Source of the DNA: Octopus sinensis
Taxonomy: Eukaryota
NCBI RefSeq assembly: GCF_006345805.1
Contig: NC_042999.1
Location: 111,104,001 to 111,168,000, forward strand
DNA: 64,000 nucleotides
Direction: 5' to 3'
A program made the position numbers and the translations under genes. Shown piece by piece: positions 53,003-64,000 of this stretch (its first letter is position 1; every line of letters begins with the position of its first letter). A model generated the notes under the pieces. The model ran no database searches. It saw only the letters and a program-made list of their open reading frames with translations, and was not told the DNA's origin.

Positions 53003-53989
53003 TCTATCTATCAACCTATCTGTGTGTGTGTGTGTGTGTAGAAACACACTCACAGAGGAAAATGCTAGATGAATATACAGATAATGATGTATCTTTATAC
53101 ATACACGCTCTCACTATGCTCATATTTATGTGCACGCAAAAGGCATTGAGTCAAATCACTACGCTCACCCTCACCCTCACTCCCCTTAGCACAGTGTACG
53201 CCATGATATTGTTTACTGCCTGGTCTACAAGGTAAAACATTACTTCACAATTCATTGATCACCTTATCTGATGCGGTATATTGTTAATGTGAATTTATTT
53301 ATTGATACTTAGTGAAGCAGTCGTCTTTCGTCTGTAGTAGTCGACTGTAGAGCATTGCTCTTCTAAAGGTGCGTCGTTGGAATCTCGTCTAGAAAACGTT
53401 AATTTCCTAATTGAGAAATAGTAAAACTATTTTTGTTATTTGTTGTGGTTTAACTCTAGATTAGTACTAGTGAAACTAACTTTCATCCAAGGGGTTGTAA
53501 TACAAAGGGCTTTATCACCTAAACAGTCCTTTCCTATTTTTAAGGTGGTAGTGTGCCTTGGGGGAGGTTTGGTTGTTATTTCAAGCAAAGAGAGGAGAAT
53601 TATTGTGTAGCAGCTACCAAGCAGTCTTCCGGTTAATGTTAAAGAAGAATATTTCCCATCTCCATCTAATTGATTATTACATTATCTGTGTTTTAGTGTT
53701 TATTTCCTCTGTCCAAAGGCACAAATAGTAACGAGTAAAAGTTATGAAAACAAAATTTTTACCCAATTTATTGATTAAATAGTTACAGTATTCACTAGAT
53801 TTACACAAACAGACTCTATATCTGCGCCTGATTTCTGTGAATTCGATGTAACAAAGTCCCCAAAGCGATGCTTTTCGAGATCATTCTATCTATCGAGTGG
53901 ATGAGCCCTTAGTCTCAAAAACACAGGTGCATACTTAGAGTAATTAGAATATTTCGGACTTATAATTCGGTCAAGGTGGAGTTTGGTTC

Positions 53990-55065
53990 TACTTCGCAGG
54001 ACATTGATTTGTCATTCTTGGCGAGGAGGTTCTTTTCTTCGTAGGTACGACAAATCAATTTTATAGTTTTTTAAAATTTTTTCCGTTGGATCGTTTTCGT
54101 TTTCTTTTCGAGGAAGTTTGCTTCTCCCTGACGTCCCCCGTCTTGTTTCTGTCATCACATATGGACGGTGCATGCTGCTACGAGGCGATACTTCCTGGTT
54201 GTTTAGTACTAGATGTTTTTGCGTCTTTTGACTCTCTTTGTCTTCGCCGGTTGCAGTTTGCAAAGGGAGATTTTGGATCTCCCGGCTTACTCTTTATAAT
54301 GAGGATAGAGAAATTTCATTTGCTAATTAAATTTTCATGCTTTGGGTCGATCTCCAATTTGGGTCGACCTCTTCTATTGTTTTTGCTCTTTCTTTTTATT
54401 CTTTCCGTGCACAAAGATTACCTTATGGGTCGTTGGATGCTGAGCTTTAAAGTCTGTCTGCCTGGCAGCCTCTATCGGAGGCAGTCCTGGTATTATTTTG
54501 TGGTCTTGTACAGTTATGAGGTATTGTATGTTCAGCTTATCCCATCCAACTACATATCATTCACTATTACATCGGTACTAACCTTCTTATATTGTGTCAC
54601 CAAGGTGAATACTAATCAGATTACGACAGTGATTCTTCTGTTCTTCCTTCCCAAAATCTGTGGAACCAACATATGAACTGGTTTGTCGCATATCCTTTGG
54701 GTTGCGCTTTCGCCCCAGCCTTTATTTTAAATATGATGCATATAGTTCCATATGCCTCTCTTTAACAATGAAGTGGTTTTTTAAACTTAAAATATTTATC
54801 AGGACCATAACTAAATCTTGTCTGGACGAAATACGCTAATCTTTTGTGTGCTTCACAAGACAGCTAAGTGGATCTTCCCCACTCACAGGCCTCTGTATCT
54901 GATTGTGAAAAGCAAGCCATAGTTCAATGTAAAAAAATGTTTCCCAACTTTAGATCTTTCAACCAAATGTCTCATATCGAGAGATTTACTACTCGAAAAA
55001 CACGTTGGTAAAAGTGGTACAAGTTTTTCTTTGTCCGTATTTATGCTGCTGTTGTTGGTGTTCAT
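53990..55065 (-). pseudogene. Degenerate coding-like remnant, possibly retroelement ORF1
   Basis: Protein-like broken frames (MNTNNSS...; PGLPPIEAARQTDFKAQHP resembling a decayed zinc knuckle; basic low-complexity tail). No diagnostic motif is intact. Confidence 0.3.
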
Positions 55066-55080
55066 CTTTTATTTTTTATT

Positions 55081-55325
55081 TTTTACATGCTTCAGTCATC
55101 AGACAGCGGCCATGTTGGCGGGTACCGTTTTGAAATTGTAGTAGAATATATCGATCCCAGTACTTAAATTTTTAAGCCTGGTACTTACTCTATTTTCCCT
55201 TTTATCGAATCGCTAAGTTATGGGGGCGTAAACGCACCAACACTGGTTGTCAAGCGGTGGTGGGGGGACAAACACAAAAATACAAACATAGATACACACA
55301 CACTTTATATATGCATACATATACA

Positions 55326-55370
<45 letters not shown>

Positions 55371-55531
55371 CGGACTTTATTTAGCTGCCGTCTACCAAAT
55401 CTACTCACAAGATTTGGTCGGCGCGAGGTTGTAGTAGAAGATACCTGTTCCAGGTGTCACGCAGAGGGACTGAACCCAAAACCATGTTGTTGGGAAGCAA
55501 GCTTCTTACCACACAACTAAGCTTGCGCTTA
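55081..55531 (-). mobile_element. Full-length tRNA-derived SINE with internal TA/CA microsatellite
   Basis: tRNA-like head near 55450-55531, internal microsatellite 55280-55368, 3' body ending ...GCCGCTGTCTGATGACTGAAGC. Fragments also at about 46130-46270, 60900-61100 and 61550-61625. Confidence 0.85.
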
Positions 55532-55854
55532 TGCTGTTACTGACTTGTTTTTTACCAGCTGTTGTTAAAATGCTTGTGATTTCTTTTAGTTCGTGTTCAC
55601 TTTTAATATTTCGTATTGCAATTAAGGTAGTTTTCCGCTGTTGTGTTTTTTGTTTTTTCTTTTTATTTTCTGTTTTCATTGTGTATAACGTATTAACTTA
55701 TAAGTTTTTCAGGTTTCTTTCTGTGCAGCGTAAAATATTAATGATCATTTATTTTTGTCAATGACGTAATGAAAAAAGGGAAACCGTATCCGAATATAAA
55801 TTATATACCCAGTCTTTCTTTTTCTCTTCTGTCAAACCTGTAAGTAGAAATACC

Positions 55855-56077
55855 TATTTCTTTACTACCCACAAGGGGCTAAACACAGAGAGGACAAACG
55901 GATTAAGTCGATTATATCGACCCCAGTGCGTAACTGGTACTTATTTAATCGACCCCGGAAGGATGAAAGACAAAGTCGACCTCGGCGGAATTTGAACTCA
56001 GAACGTAACGTCAGACGAAATACGGCTACGCATTTCGCCCGGCGTGCTAACGTTTCTGCCAGCTCGCCGCCTTACAA
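55855..56077 (-). mobile_element. Young tRNA-derived SINE with 15-bp TSD
   Basis: GTAAGTAGAAATACC is duplicated at 55840-55854 and 56078-56092. Confidence 0.95.
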
Positions 56078-56224
56078 GTAAGTAGAAATACCAATTAGGA
56101 GGTAGTTATCAGTATGTCGGGAAAGTTTGGTGAAAACTATTTTAACTGGTAGAATCCTTTGGACGGCGAGTTCTAAGCAAACGTTTGTCTATTGCGAATA
56201 ATAATAATAATGATAATAATAATG

Positions 56225-56276
<52 letters not shown>

Positions 56277-56340
56277 TATAAATATATAACTAAATGAATA
56301 AAATGATCAAAAACAGCTGAAATGATAAAAAAAAGTAACT

Positions 56341-56660
56341 GAAAATCATTTAAGAATGATCCCTGGATTACCATCCATGCAGGAAGTGCAAAAGATTGTC
56401 TTAACTGGTACGTCACACGTATTGAGAAGAGCGTTATCGAAGTAAATTTTCTTTCCTTTTCCCATCTTTATTTCATTTGTTTAATTTTCTATTCTCTATT
56501 TTTTCCTTTTTCTCTATCACATAAGTCTGAAAAATGAACAATGTGGTGTGCTTGTTTTAATGGCCTACCAATGTATACAGTACGTTTCTCTGCCCTTGGT
56601 CTCAGGAAGATACTCGGCAAGAAATGGAAACAGAATTGAAAGATGCTAATGAAAATGATG
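56341..56660 (+). mobile_element. 3' end of a second R4/Dong-like LINE family (last codons plus 3' UTR)
   Basis: ENHLRMIPGLPSMQEVQKIVLTGTSHVLRRALSK* at 56341-56445, then a UTR running into (TGA)/(TAA)n. Confidence 0.85.
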
Positions 56661-56663
56661 ATG

Positions 56664-56704
<41 letters not shown>

Positions 56705-56709
<5 letters not shown>

Positions 56710-59265
56710 GTTCTACCAAGAACTGGGCAAAAATAAAATAGAAGTCACTGCAGCACCAACGGCAGAAGAATTGGAAGAATTCTGGAAAGAAATATGGTCG
56801 GCGAACGAACAGCCAAAAAAAAAGGAGTATGAAAATAACAAACTCGGCATCTGAACAACTTTGGACCCCCATAACAACTGAAGAGGTCACCCAGGCACTG
56901 CAAAAACTAAGCAACTGGAAGGCACCTGGGCATGACAAGATCCCCAACTTCTGGTTGAAATATCTAACAGGAATGCACAAAAAGCTGGCTGAAGACTTTA
57001 ACAGCATACTAGCAGAGCCAGAGACAATGCCTGAATGGCTCACGAAGGGGAAAACCATCTTAATTCCCAAATCAAATGAAACAACAAAACCAGAAAACTA
57101 CAGACCAATAACCTGCCTCCCTATTATGTTCAAGGCATTTACTGCAGTGATATCGCAAAGGCTGAACAAGCACCTGGACGAAAACAAACTGTTCCCAGAA
57201 GAGCAGAAAGGATGCCGCAAGGGCTCATATGGCTGTAAAGATCAACTAATGATTAATAAAGCCGTAACTGAAGACAGACACAGAAAGAAGAAAGGCCTCA
57301 GTATGGCCTGGATTGACTACAAAAAGGCGTTTGATAGCATCCCCCACACATGGATCCTCGAAACACTAGCCATTAACAAAGTAGCACCAACAATCATAAA
57401 ATTCATAGAGCACTCTATGAATAAATGGCAAACAGTCCTACACCTCCAAACAAAAGAGGGACTCATGAAAACCAAAGACATCCCCATTAGAAGAGGAATA
57501 TTCCAGGGAGACACGCTCTCTCCACTCCTTTTCTGCTTGGCACTGTCACCTCTATCTGATATGCTAAATAGAACTGGATGCGGATATAAATGTTACGGCA
57601 AAACGATCAGCCACCTTTTATATATGGATGACCTAAAACTATACGCTGCAAATGACAAACAGCTGGAAACACTATTAAAGACAGTTCATGGATTTACCAA
57701 AGAAATAGATATGAAATTTGGATTAGAAAAATGCGCCAAAGTAACCATGAAAAGAGGAAAACTAGTTAAGAGTAACAACATCACACTAGATAAAACCAAT
57801 GAAATAAAAGAATTAGACCAAAGCCAAACTTACAAATACTTAGGAATCCATGAACTAGATAAGACACAACACACACAAATGAAAGAGAAAATAAAAAAAG
57901 AATATTATAGACGAGTTAGATCAATACTAAAAACAGAGCTCAATGCTAAAAACAAGATAATAGGTATCAACACTTTAGCTGTCCCAGTTATAAGTTACAG
58001 CTACAATATCCTTAACTGGACACGAAATGAACTGTCCAAAATAGATAGGAAAACAAGAAAAATACTGACAGGATCTAGGATGCATCACCCAAAATCTGAC
58101 ATAGAAAGACTATATATACAACGTATAGAAGGTGGTAGAGGCCTTATACAGCTGGAAAACTACTATAAAATAACCACCATAGGACTGCAAAAATACCTAC
58201 TCCAGAAGGAAGGAAAACTGATCCAGATAGCAGCAAAACACGAGCAAAACAAAAAACTGTTCTCAGTATTTAAGGAAGCTGACAAATACAAACAAGAAAT
58301 CATACCACCTAATAAACACAAAGAAGAAGAAGAAGATGATGAAGAAACAACAAAAGCTATAAAACAAATGAAATCCAAACTAAAAATAGAACAGCAACGA
58401 GCCATGATAAAACGATGGCAAGAAAAACCCCTTCATGGTAAATACTGCACTAAACTAAACGCAAAAGAAATAGACAAAGAAAAATCCCAGCAATGGTTGA
58501 GAAGCTCAGGACTCAAAGCAGAGACAGAGGGATTTTTAATTGCAGCACAAGACCAAAGCCTCCCCACCAGAAATTACCAAAAACATGTAATGAAAAGAAA
58601 TATTACAAGTAACTGCAGAATATGTGGAGATGGACAAGAAACAATAAATCATATTATCTCTAGCTGCCCAGTCCTGGCTAAGAAGGAATATATTCACAGA
58701 CATGACAGAGTTGGAACCTACATACATTGGAAGCTATGCCAACATTATGGAATAACAACAGAAAAAAGATGGTATAGGCACACACCAGAAAAGGTCACAG
58801 AAAACGAGAAAGCAACCATACTCTGGGATATGCCGATACATACAGATAGAGAAATTAAGGCCAACAGACCAGATATAGTTGTCAGAGATCATGAAGAAAA
58901 AAAATGCTTTCTAATTGATGTATCAATACCGGCAGATGACAACGTGTCTCTAAAAGAAATGGAGAAACTCTCAAAATACAAAGACCTGGAAATAGAGGTA
59001 ACTAGAATGTGGAACCTGAAAACAGAAACAATTCCTATCATAGTAGGTGCATTAGGCATGATAAAAAAATATTCAGACAAATACATAACAAAAACACCAG
59101 GACTTACAAACACATATAACATACAGAAAATTGCACACATCCTACGCAGAACACTTTCCATACAATAACCATCAGAGCATCACAACAAATCACAGCACAT
59201 ACCCAAGGCACACAGAGCTGCGCTCGGTAGTGAAGTGAAAGCACGCTATAAAAATAAAACTACTG
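56705..59265 (+). mobile_element. Young 5'-truncated R4/Dong-clade non-LTR retrotransposon inserted in (TAA)n
   Basis: Begins inside a TAA array at about 56705. The coding region has one 5' frameshift near 56815-56850. 3' UTR 59169-59265 is followed by (AAT)n. Confidence 0.95.
56829..59168 (+). CDS. Reverse transcriptase, CCHC zinc finger and restriction-like endonuclease (PD-(D/E)xK) polyprotein, N-terminally truncated
   Basis: YRPITCL, EEQKGCR, AWIDYKKAFDSIPH, GIFQGDTLSPLLF, YMDDLKLY, CRICG...HIISSC, RHD, RPDIVV...IDVSIP...EK. 779 codons open. The ATG at 56829 is not the native start. Confidence 0.95.
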   Translation: MKITNSASEQLWTPITTEEVTQALQKLSNWKAPGHDKIPNFWLKYLTGMHKKLAEDFNSILAEPETMPEWLTKGKTILIPKSNETTKPENYRPITCLPIMFKAFTAVISQRLNKHLDENKLFPEEQKGCRKGSYGCKDQLMINKAVTEDRHRKKKGLSMAWIDYKKAFDSIPHTWILETLAINKVAPTIIKFIEHSMNKWQTVLHLQTKEGLMKTKDIPIRRGIFQGDTLSPLLFCLALSPLSDMLNRTGCGYKCYGKTISHLLYMDDLKLYAANDKQLETLLKTVHGFTKEIDMKFGLEKCAKVTMKRGKLVKSNNITLDKTNEIKELDQSQTYKYLGIHELDKTQHTQMKEKIKKEYYRRVRSILKTELNAKNKIIGINTLAVPVISYSYNILNWTRNELSKIDRKTRKILTGSRMHHPKSDIERLYIQRIEGGRGLIQLENYYKITTIGLQKYLLQKEGKLIQIAAKHEQNKKLFSVFKEADKYKQEIIPPNKHKEEEEDDEETTKAIKQMKSKLKIEQQRAMIKRWQEKPLHGKYCTKLNAKEIDKEKSQQWLRSSGLKAETEGFLIAAQDQSLPTRNYQKHVMKRNITSNCRICGDGQETINHIISSCPVLAKKEYIHRHDRVGTYIHWKLCQHYGITTEKRWYRHTPEKVTENEKATILWDMPIHTDREIKANRPDIVVRDHEEKKCFLIDVSIPADDNVSLKEMEKLSKYKDLEIEVTRMWNLKTETIPIIVGALGMIKKYSDKYITKTPGLTNTYNIQKIAHILRRTLSIQ

Positions 59266-59765
59266 AATAATAATAATAATAATGGTGATGATCATAATAA
59301 TCATGATTATGATCTTGATGATGGTAATGCTGGTGGTGATGGTGATGATGATGATGATGGTGACCATGATGATAATTATAATTCATATAATTGATTTGTG
59401 ATATCTATGTATTTATCTCCATTTATTTGTTTAGTCTATTTATTGTCTGAATACAGGAGAAATTACTATAAACAAAAATTGAACAAGTATAATATTAAAA
59501 AGAAAATCTGAAAGGAAAAAACGCTAGACGTGCAGCAATAATGCCAGAGATAGAACTGTAGGAAGTATATAGGACATGAACCAATAAAAGAGAATAACGA
59601 TAGGAATAGGGAACCTAGATGCTGAAAGGGGAAAAAATGGAGGTGAATGCAGAGAAGAACAATAATAGAATATTTCTCTGGAAAACCGACTAATCAAAAA
59701 CCTACAGAATATTCTTTAAGTGAGTTGAATAAAATCCTCTTCATTCACTAAACGTAATAACAACG

Positions 59766-59807
<42 letters not shown>

Positions 59808-60072
59808 ACGCGCGCGCATGCGTAATTGTTTGTAGAATTTTGAAACAGCTGTAGTGAATCTTAGCCCATTTATGTTCTATTGTTCATTCTATCTATCTAT
59901 TTATATATATATTTACCTATTTGTCTGTCTGTCTATCGATCTATCTATTTATCTGTCTAGCTGTCTATCTATTTGTCTGTCTGTTTTTCTACATATTTAT
60001 CTATATATATGTGTGTGAGGATATATATTTATGTGTGTGCGTGTGTGTGTCTTTGTCTGTGTGTGTGTTATA

Positions 60073-60425
60073 AAGTATATAATCCGCATTAAATTAAGAG
60101 AAGAAAATGGAGAATTGGTGATTTATAATTACTTATTAATAAATTGATAATCATTTCTTCCTACAGCTGTTTCCATTCATACTCATTGAATAAATTACAA
60201 ATTTGTGTATTACATTTGCATTTATAGGTTATGAGCAAAATATCACCGGGAAAAGGTTAGACATTAAAAAATTACATGCTCACCTATCTGTTCAGTCCAA
60301 TAGTATGAACAGATAGGTGAACATGTAAGATTTTAACGTCTAACTTTTTCCCGATGACATAATAAGTAATTATAAATCACTAATTCTCCATTTTCTTCTC
60401 TTAATTTAATACGGATTATATACTT
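60073..60425. repeat. Nested fold-back (inverted duplication), probably PLE pLTR-derived
   Basis: Outer arms 60073-60138/60360-60425. Inner arms 60242-60294/60306-60358 with an 11-nt loop. Confidence 0.8.
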
Positions 60426-61088
60426 AATATATACCTATTGATTTAGAGAAATTTGAATTCCGAAAGATATAAGGTACCAAACCAATGTGTTCTTGGATGT
60501 AATCATCCCTTTGAGAGGTTAGTATATCCTCTAGTCAACATATATAATGTGTGTGTATGCGTGCACACACACACACACACATATGTATATAGTCATCACA
60601 TGCTCACGTGAGTGAGCAGATTATCAGGTGTCATTATACATCGCTGGTCACATTGCACTTTGCATCGTTTTAGCTTTGAATGACTGCACCCTGCTGGTTA
60701 GGTGAGCAAGCCAACATTCTCCCTGATCGGAAAGCGAATCCGTCGCAAAATTACCCATATGCAGCTGAGTGGACTGGGGTGACTGGAAATGAAGTGTTTT
60801 ACTCAAGTCAACACCATGTAGCCTCTCTGGAAATTGAAATCACTCTCTCACGATCCACTTACAGACTGTGTTTATAAGCAAATTAGCTTCTTTTATTCTT
60901 TCACTTGTTTCAGTCATTGACGCATTGAAGGGCTTTTTAGTCGAATGCATTAACCCAAGTTCTTAAGCTTAGTGCGTATTTCTTCAGCCTGTGCATATTC
61001 TAATTTCTTTTACTGAACCGCTAGGTTATGGGAGTGTAAACACACCAATACCGGTTGTCAGGCAATGATTGGGGGGCAAACACAGTCA

Positions 61089-61127
<39 letters not shown>

Positions 61128-61451
61128 GCGCGGATTATAATTTATGACTTAATAGAGTTGTCGGTGTTTAGTTGCGTATTTAGAAGGGGTTGTAATTTAC
61201 TTATGGAATTTATTTATCGATACAGTTGTAGACTGGGCAAATGTGTTTGAAAGTTGTGGTTTCTTTGGTTGGTTTGTTCCCAAACAACACTTATTTTAGT
61301 GCTGTTGACACTGTCGGATTGAATGGTACTGCCCAGGTATCGAAACCATAATGATATCCGTGGGGCAGCTGATGATGGAGGCATGTTGGATTTTTGGTAT
61401 GGCTGTGGAATTGTATTATTACACATCCGTTTGATATATATATATATATAC

Positions 61452-61539
<88 letters not shown>

Positions 61540-61739
61540 ATATACCAAATCCATTCCCGCAGTAGGACTAAATCGGAACCATGTGGTTGGGAAGCAAGCT
61601 TCTTACAACATAGCCACGCTTGGCCGTTTATTTTTCTGAAAATTGTCAGTTAGACATTTAAAAACAAAAACAAGTACAGCAATTATTACAGGTGTAAATA
61701 TGAATCTATAATCTATGTATAAAAGCTGAAAGTTTCAAA

Positions 61740-62480
61740 TTATTGTCCGTAGCGATATTCACATCAGGAGGACCGTTGACTTTTACAATAGTACATGCTT
61801 CTTGTTTGTCCCAAACAACTATATCCAGCGTGTCAGATGTACACTTCGGAGAATTTTCTTATGGGAATGTTTCTCTAATATTCCTTTCGTTCATGTTTAC
61901 GTATGAATTTAAAAATAGGAAGAATCTCTATATTTATACCAGGCCAGCGACAAGCTTGTGTCCCATTGGGAAGTAATACCTTGGGGACATTTTTAGGTAG
62001 CTGTTGATCACATGTGCGAGGTTTTCTTCAGAAATGTGACATTGTCAACATTTTCTGTTGCTTCTTGGGCCCCAAAGGCTTTACTGTATTTTCTGTTTAT
62101 ATGGCATTTTGTAGCTTGTAGCAATGTATTGCTCTAGGATAGCAACCCTCAAAGTGCGATACGATGTAAGGGTCGTGAGCATATTCATTTCTTAATTATC
62201 CTTTCTGCTATGCTGGTTGTTTCAGGCCAGGTCTTCATTTAGGTAAATCCAGCTGTTGCATGGTTTTATAGGAGAATACCAAAAAGTACTTTCTGAGAGG
62301 CTCACTGCCAGCACATGCGATGCTTCTTTCATTTTTTAGCACAATGTCTATCTTTTATTTTTTTGCTGCTGTTGTTTGCCGAGTGCCGTCTGGGGAGATA
62401 CAACATTTGAAGACTGTCTGCACTAACCTCAATTCTGCAGCTTCTGCATTTCTTCTGTAGAGCCTGACGATATCCCTGAT
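61740..62480 (-). pseudogene. Degenerate RLE-type LINE 3' coding remnant
   Basis: Minus-strand pieces MLYLPRRH, KC*QCHISEENLAHVINSYLKMSPRYYFPMGH and LDIVVWDKQEACTIVKVNGPPDVNI match the CCHC and PD regions of the 56829 ORF. Confidence 0.75.
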
Positions 62481-62489
62481 TATATGTAA

Positions 62490-62787
62490 GAGTGAAAGAA
62501 CAGTGCATGCCCAGTATACCCATCATGACTACCCATCTAAGAGTACACCAGGACCAGGCACATGTATCCGAACCATATGTGCACGACATGGTGACCTCAT
62601 ATTAATGCCTTGCAGGTGTGGCTTAGAAGGTCGAGTAGCCCAATCCGTTCAAAAGTTCCCTGAATAAGGTTTGTTTAAAGATGTTGAGCGAAACACCCAT
62701 GTTTCCAGAGGTGAATTATTCAAACCTCCCAACGAATTCCTCTCAACACATGGCTCTGATGCTCCCCTAGTACTTCTGCTCGTGATC
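62490..62787 (-). mobile_element. Diverged 3' half of the 553-bp element
   Basis: Reverse complement homologue of about 35990-36343, with small internal deletions. Confidence 0.85.
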
Positions 62788-63215
62788 TAACCGAGATCCA
62801 AGGTTCCTTCATTGGAATTTCAACATCAACATGGTATTTTTGCATGTACTTGAGTATATGTGCGGTATTTTGAGTCAGTGTATGTGCAGATTTGTAGGTA
62901 TGTATCTATGTATGTATTATGTAAGCACATACGTACGTACGTATGCATGCATGTATGCATATATGTATGTATGCCTGTATGTATGCATGTAGACACGAAT
63001 ACACGTTCAGGTTTATAAACGAGAGTAAAAGTAGACGATACGCCTAATAATGTTTATGCATTTTATCAAAGCTAAGACTTCGATTTTCTAACGATGTTTG
63101 TGTTACCGCATTCGGTCTCTTAACCATTAAAATCTCCAGCATCTTTACCGCTGCCTTTATTTTCATTGCCACCAATGAGACGATTAAGAAAAGCAGCACC
63201 ACATTACCCATTATA

Positions 63216-63253
<38 letters not shown>

Positions 63254-63362
63254 ATACTAATACTGCTACTGCTGCTGCTGCTACTCCTACTACTACTATA
63301 AGTATTACTACTTCTACAGACACTACCACCAACCACCACCACTAACCACCACCACCACTACC

Positions 63363-63396
<34 letters not shown>

Positions 63397-63634
63397 AAAC
63401 TACCAATAACATCTTGAACGCCACTTCACTGCCCATCCTTCATTTTCAACGCTGTCTTCTGCTAAATACTTCAAGGAGGTGCTTTCGCAGCCCCTACTTA
63501 TCCCAAACAGACTTGACAGTATTGTTCTTATTAAATTGCCATAACCTGACCCTTTCTCTGTTTATTGATTCAAGGGACAGCATAAATAGCAGTCGGCAAA
63601 TTCCATTTTCTCCATTTCTTTTACTACCGCTGGG

Positions 63635-63680
63635 ATGGCGGTAAGGAAACTGGCGAGCGTGAGGGAGAGATAGATAGACA

Positions 63681-63737
<57 letters not shown>

Positions 63738-64000
63738 GAAGAAAGAAAGAAAGAAAGATAGATAGATACAGAGAGAGAGAGAGGAGGGATGGAGGGAGCG
63801 AGGGAGCGGGGGAGAGAACATGGAGGTAGTGAAGTGATTTCGTGGCGCTATGGGATTTCAGTGTTGTTTCCTTTTTGTTCTTCGTGTTGTTATTGCAGTC
63901 TCATCTTGTGAAACCCAGCCAGACTGAGCAGTTCAGATTACATAATACACGGCTAATAATACCAGATCCAAACATGCCACCGCTATCATCATCGCAACCA
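63635..64000 (+). other. Candidate host-gene start: ATG GCG, 258-bp GT-AG intron, then an open exon to the window end
   Basis: ATG 63635, donor GCG/GTAAGG at 63640/63641, pyrimidine tract plus TTGCAG acceptor ending 63898. Phase-0 frame is open for 34 codons. No homology recognised. Confidence 0.3.

Noticed and set aside
54086-54676. 196-aa plus-strand ORF, and likewise the antisense ORFs 56489-57070, 58163-58405 and 58889-59161
   Set aside because: They are shadow frames opposite retroelement coding remnants and have no recognisable motifs.

Overview
AT-rich, microsatellite-saturated, repeat-dominated animal genomic DNA, mostly intergenic or intronic. The combination of tRNA-derived SINE families, abundant Penelope-like elements (PLEs), R4/Dong-type RLE LINEs, mariner remnants and TA/CA/TAA/TAGA microsatellites best fits an octopod cephalopod (inference from recalled repeat families, not a database result). 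No host protein-coding gene is recognised; there is only a candidate start exon pair at the right edge. The one long real ORF is a 5'-truncated R4/Dong-like non-LTR retrotransposon (RT, CCHC finger, restriction-like endonuclease; 56829-59168). The most interesting signals are: (1) at least eight hammerhead-ribozyme (HHR)-like motifs in PLE pseudo-LTR (pLTR) pieces, including a U3-A8 compensated core, one with an 82-nt stem II insert, and one placed behind a tRNA-derived Pol III head at the 3' end of a PLE; (2) RLE LINEs and a 553-bp non-coding element stacked in (TAA)n arrays; (3) SINE insertions whose target duplications begin with RRTAT(T), a motif also present inside the SINE and at a SINE dimer junction. 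All alignments, folds and translations were done by eye. Remnant boundaries are approximate.
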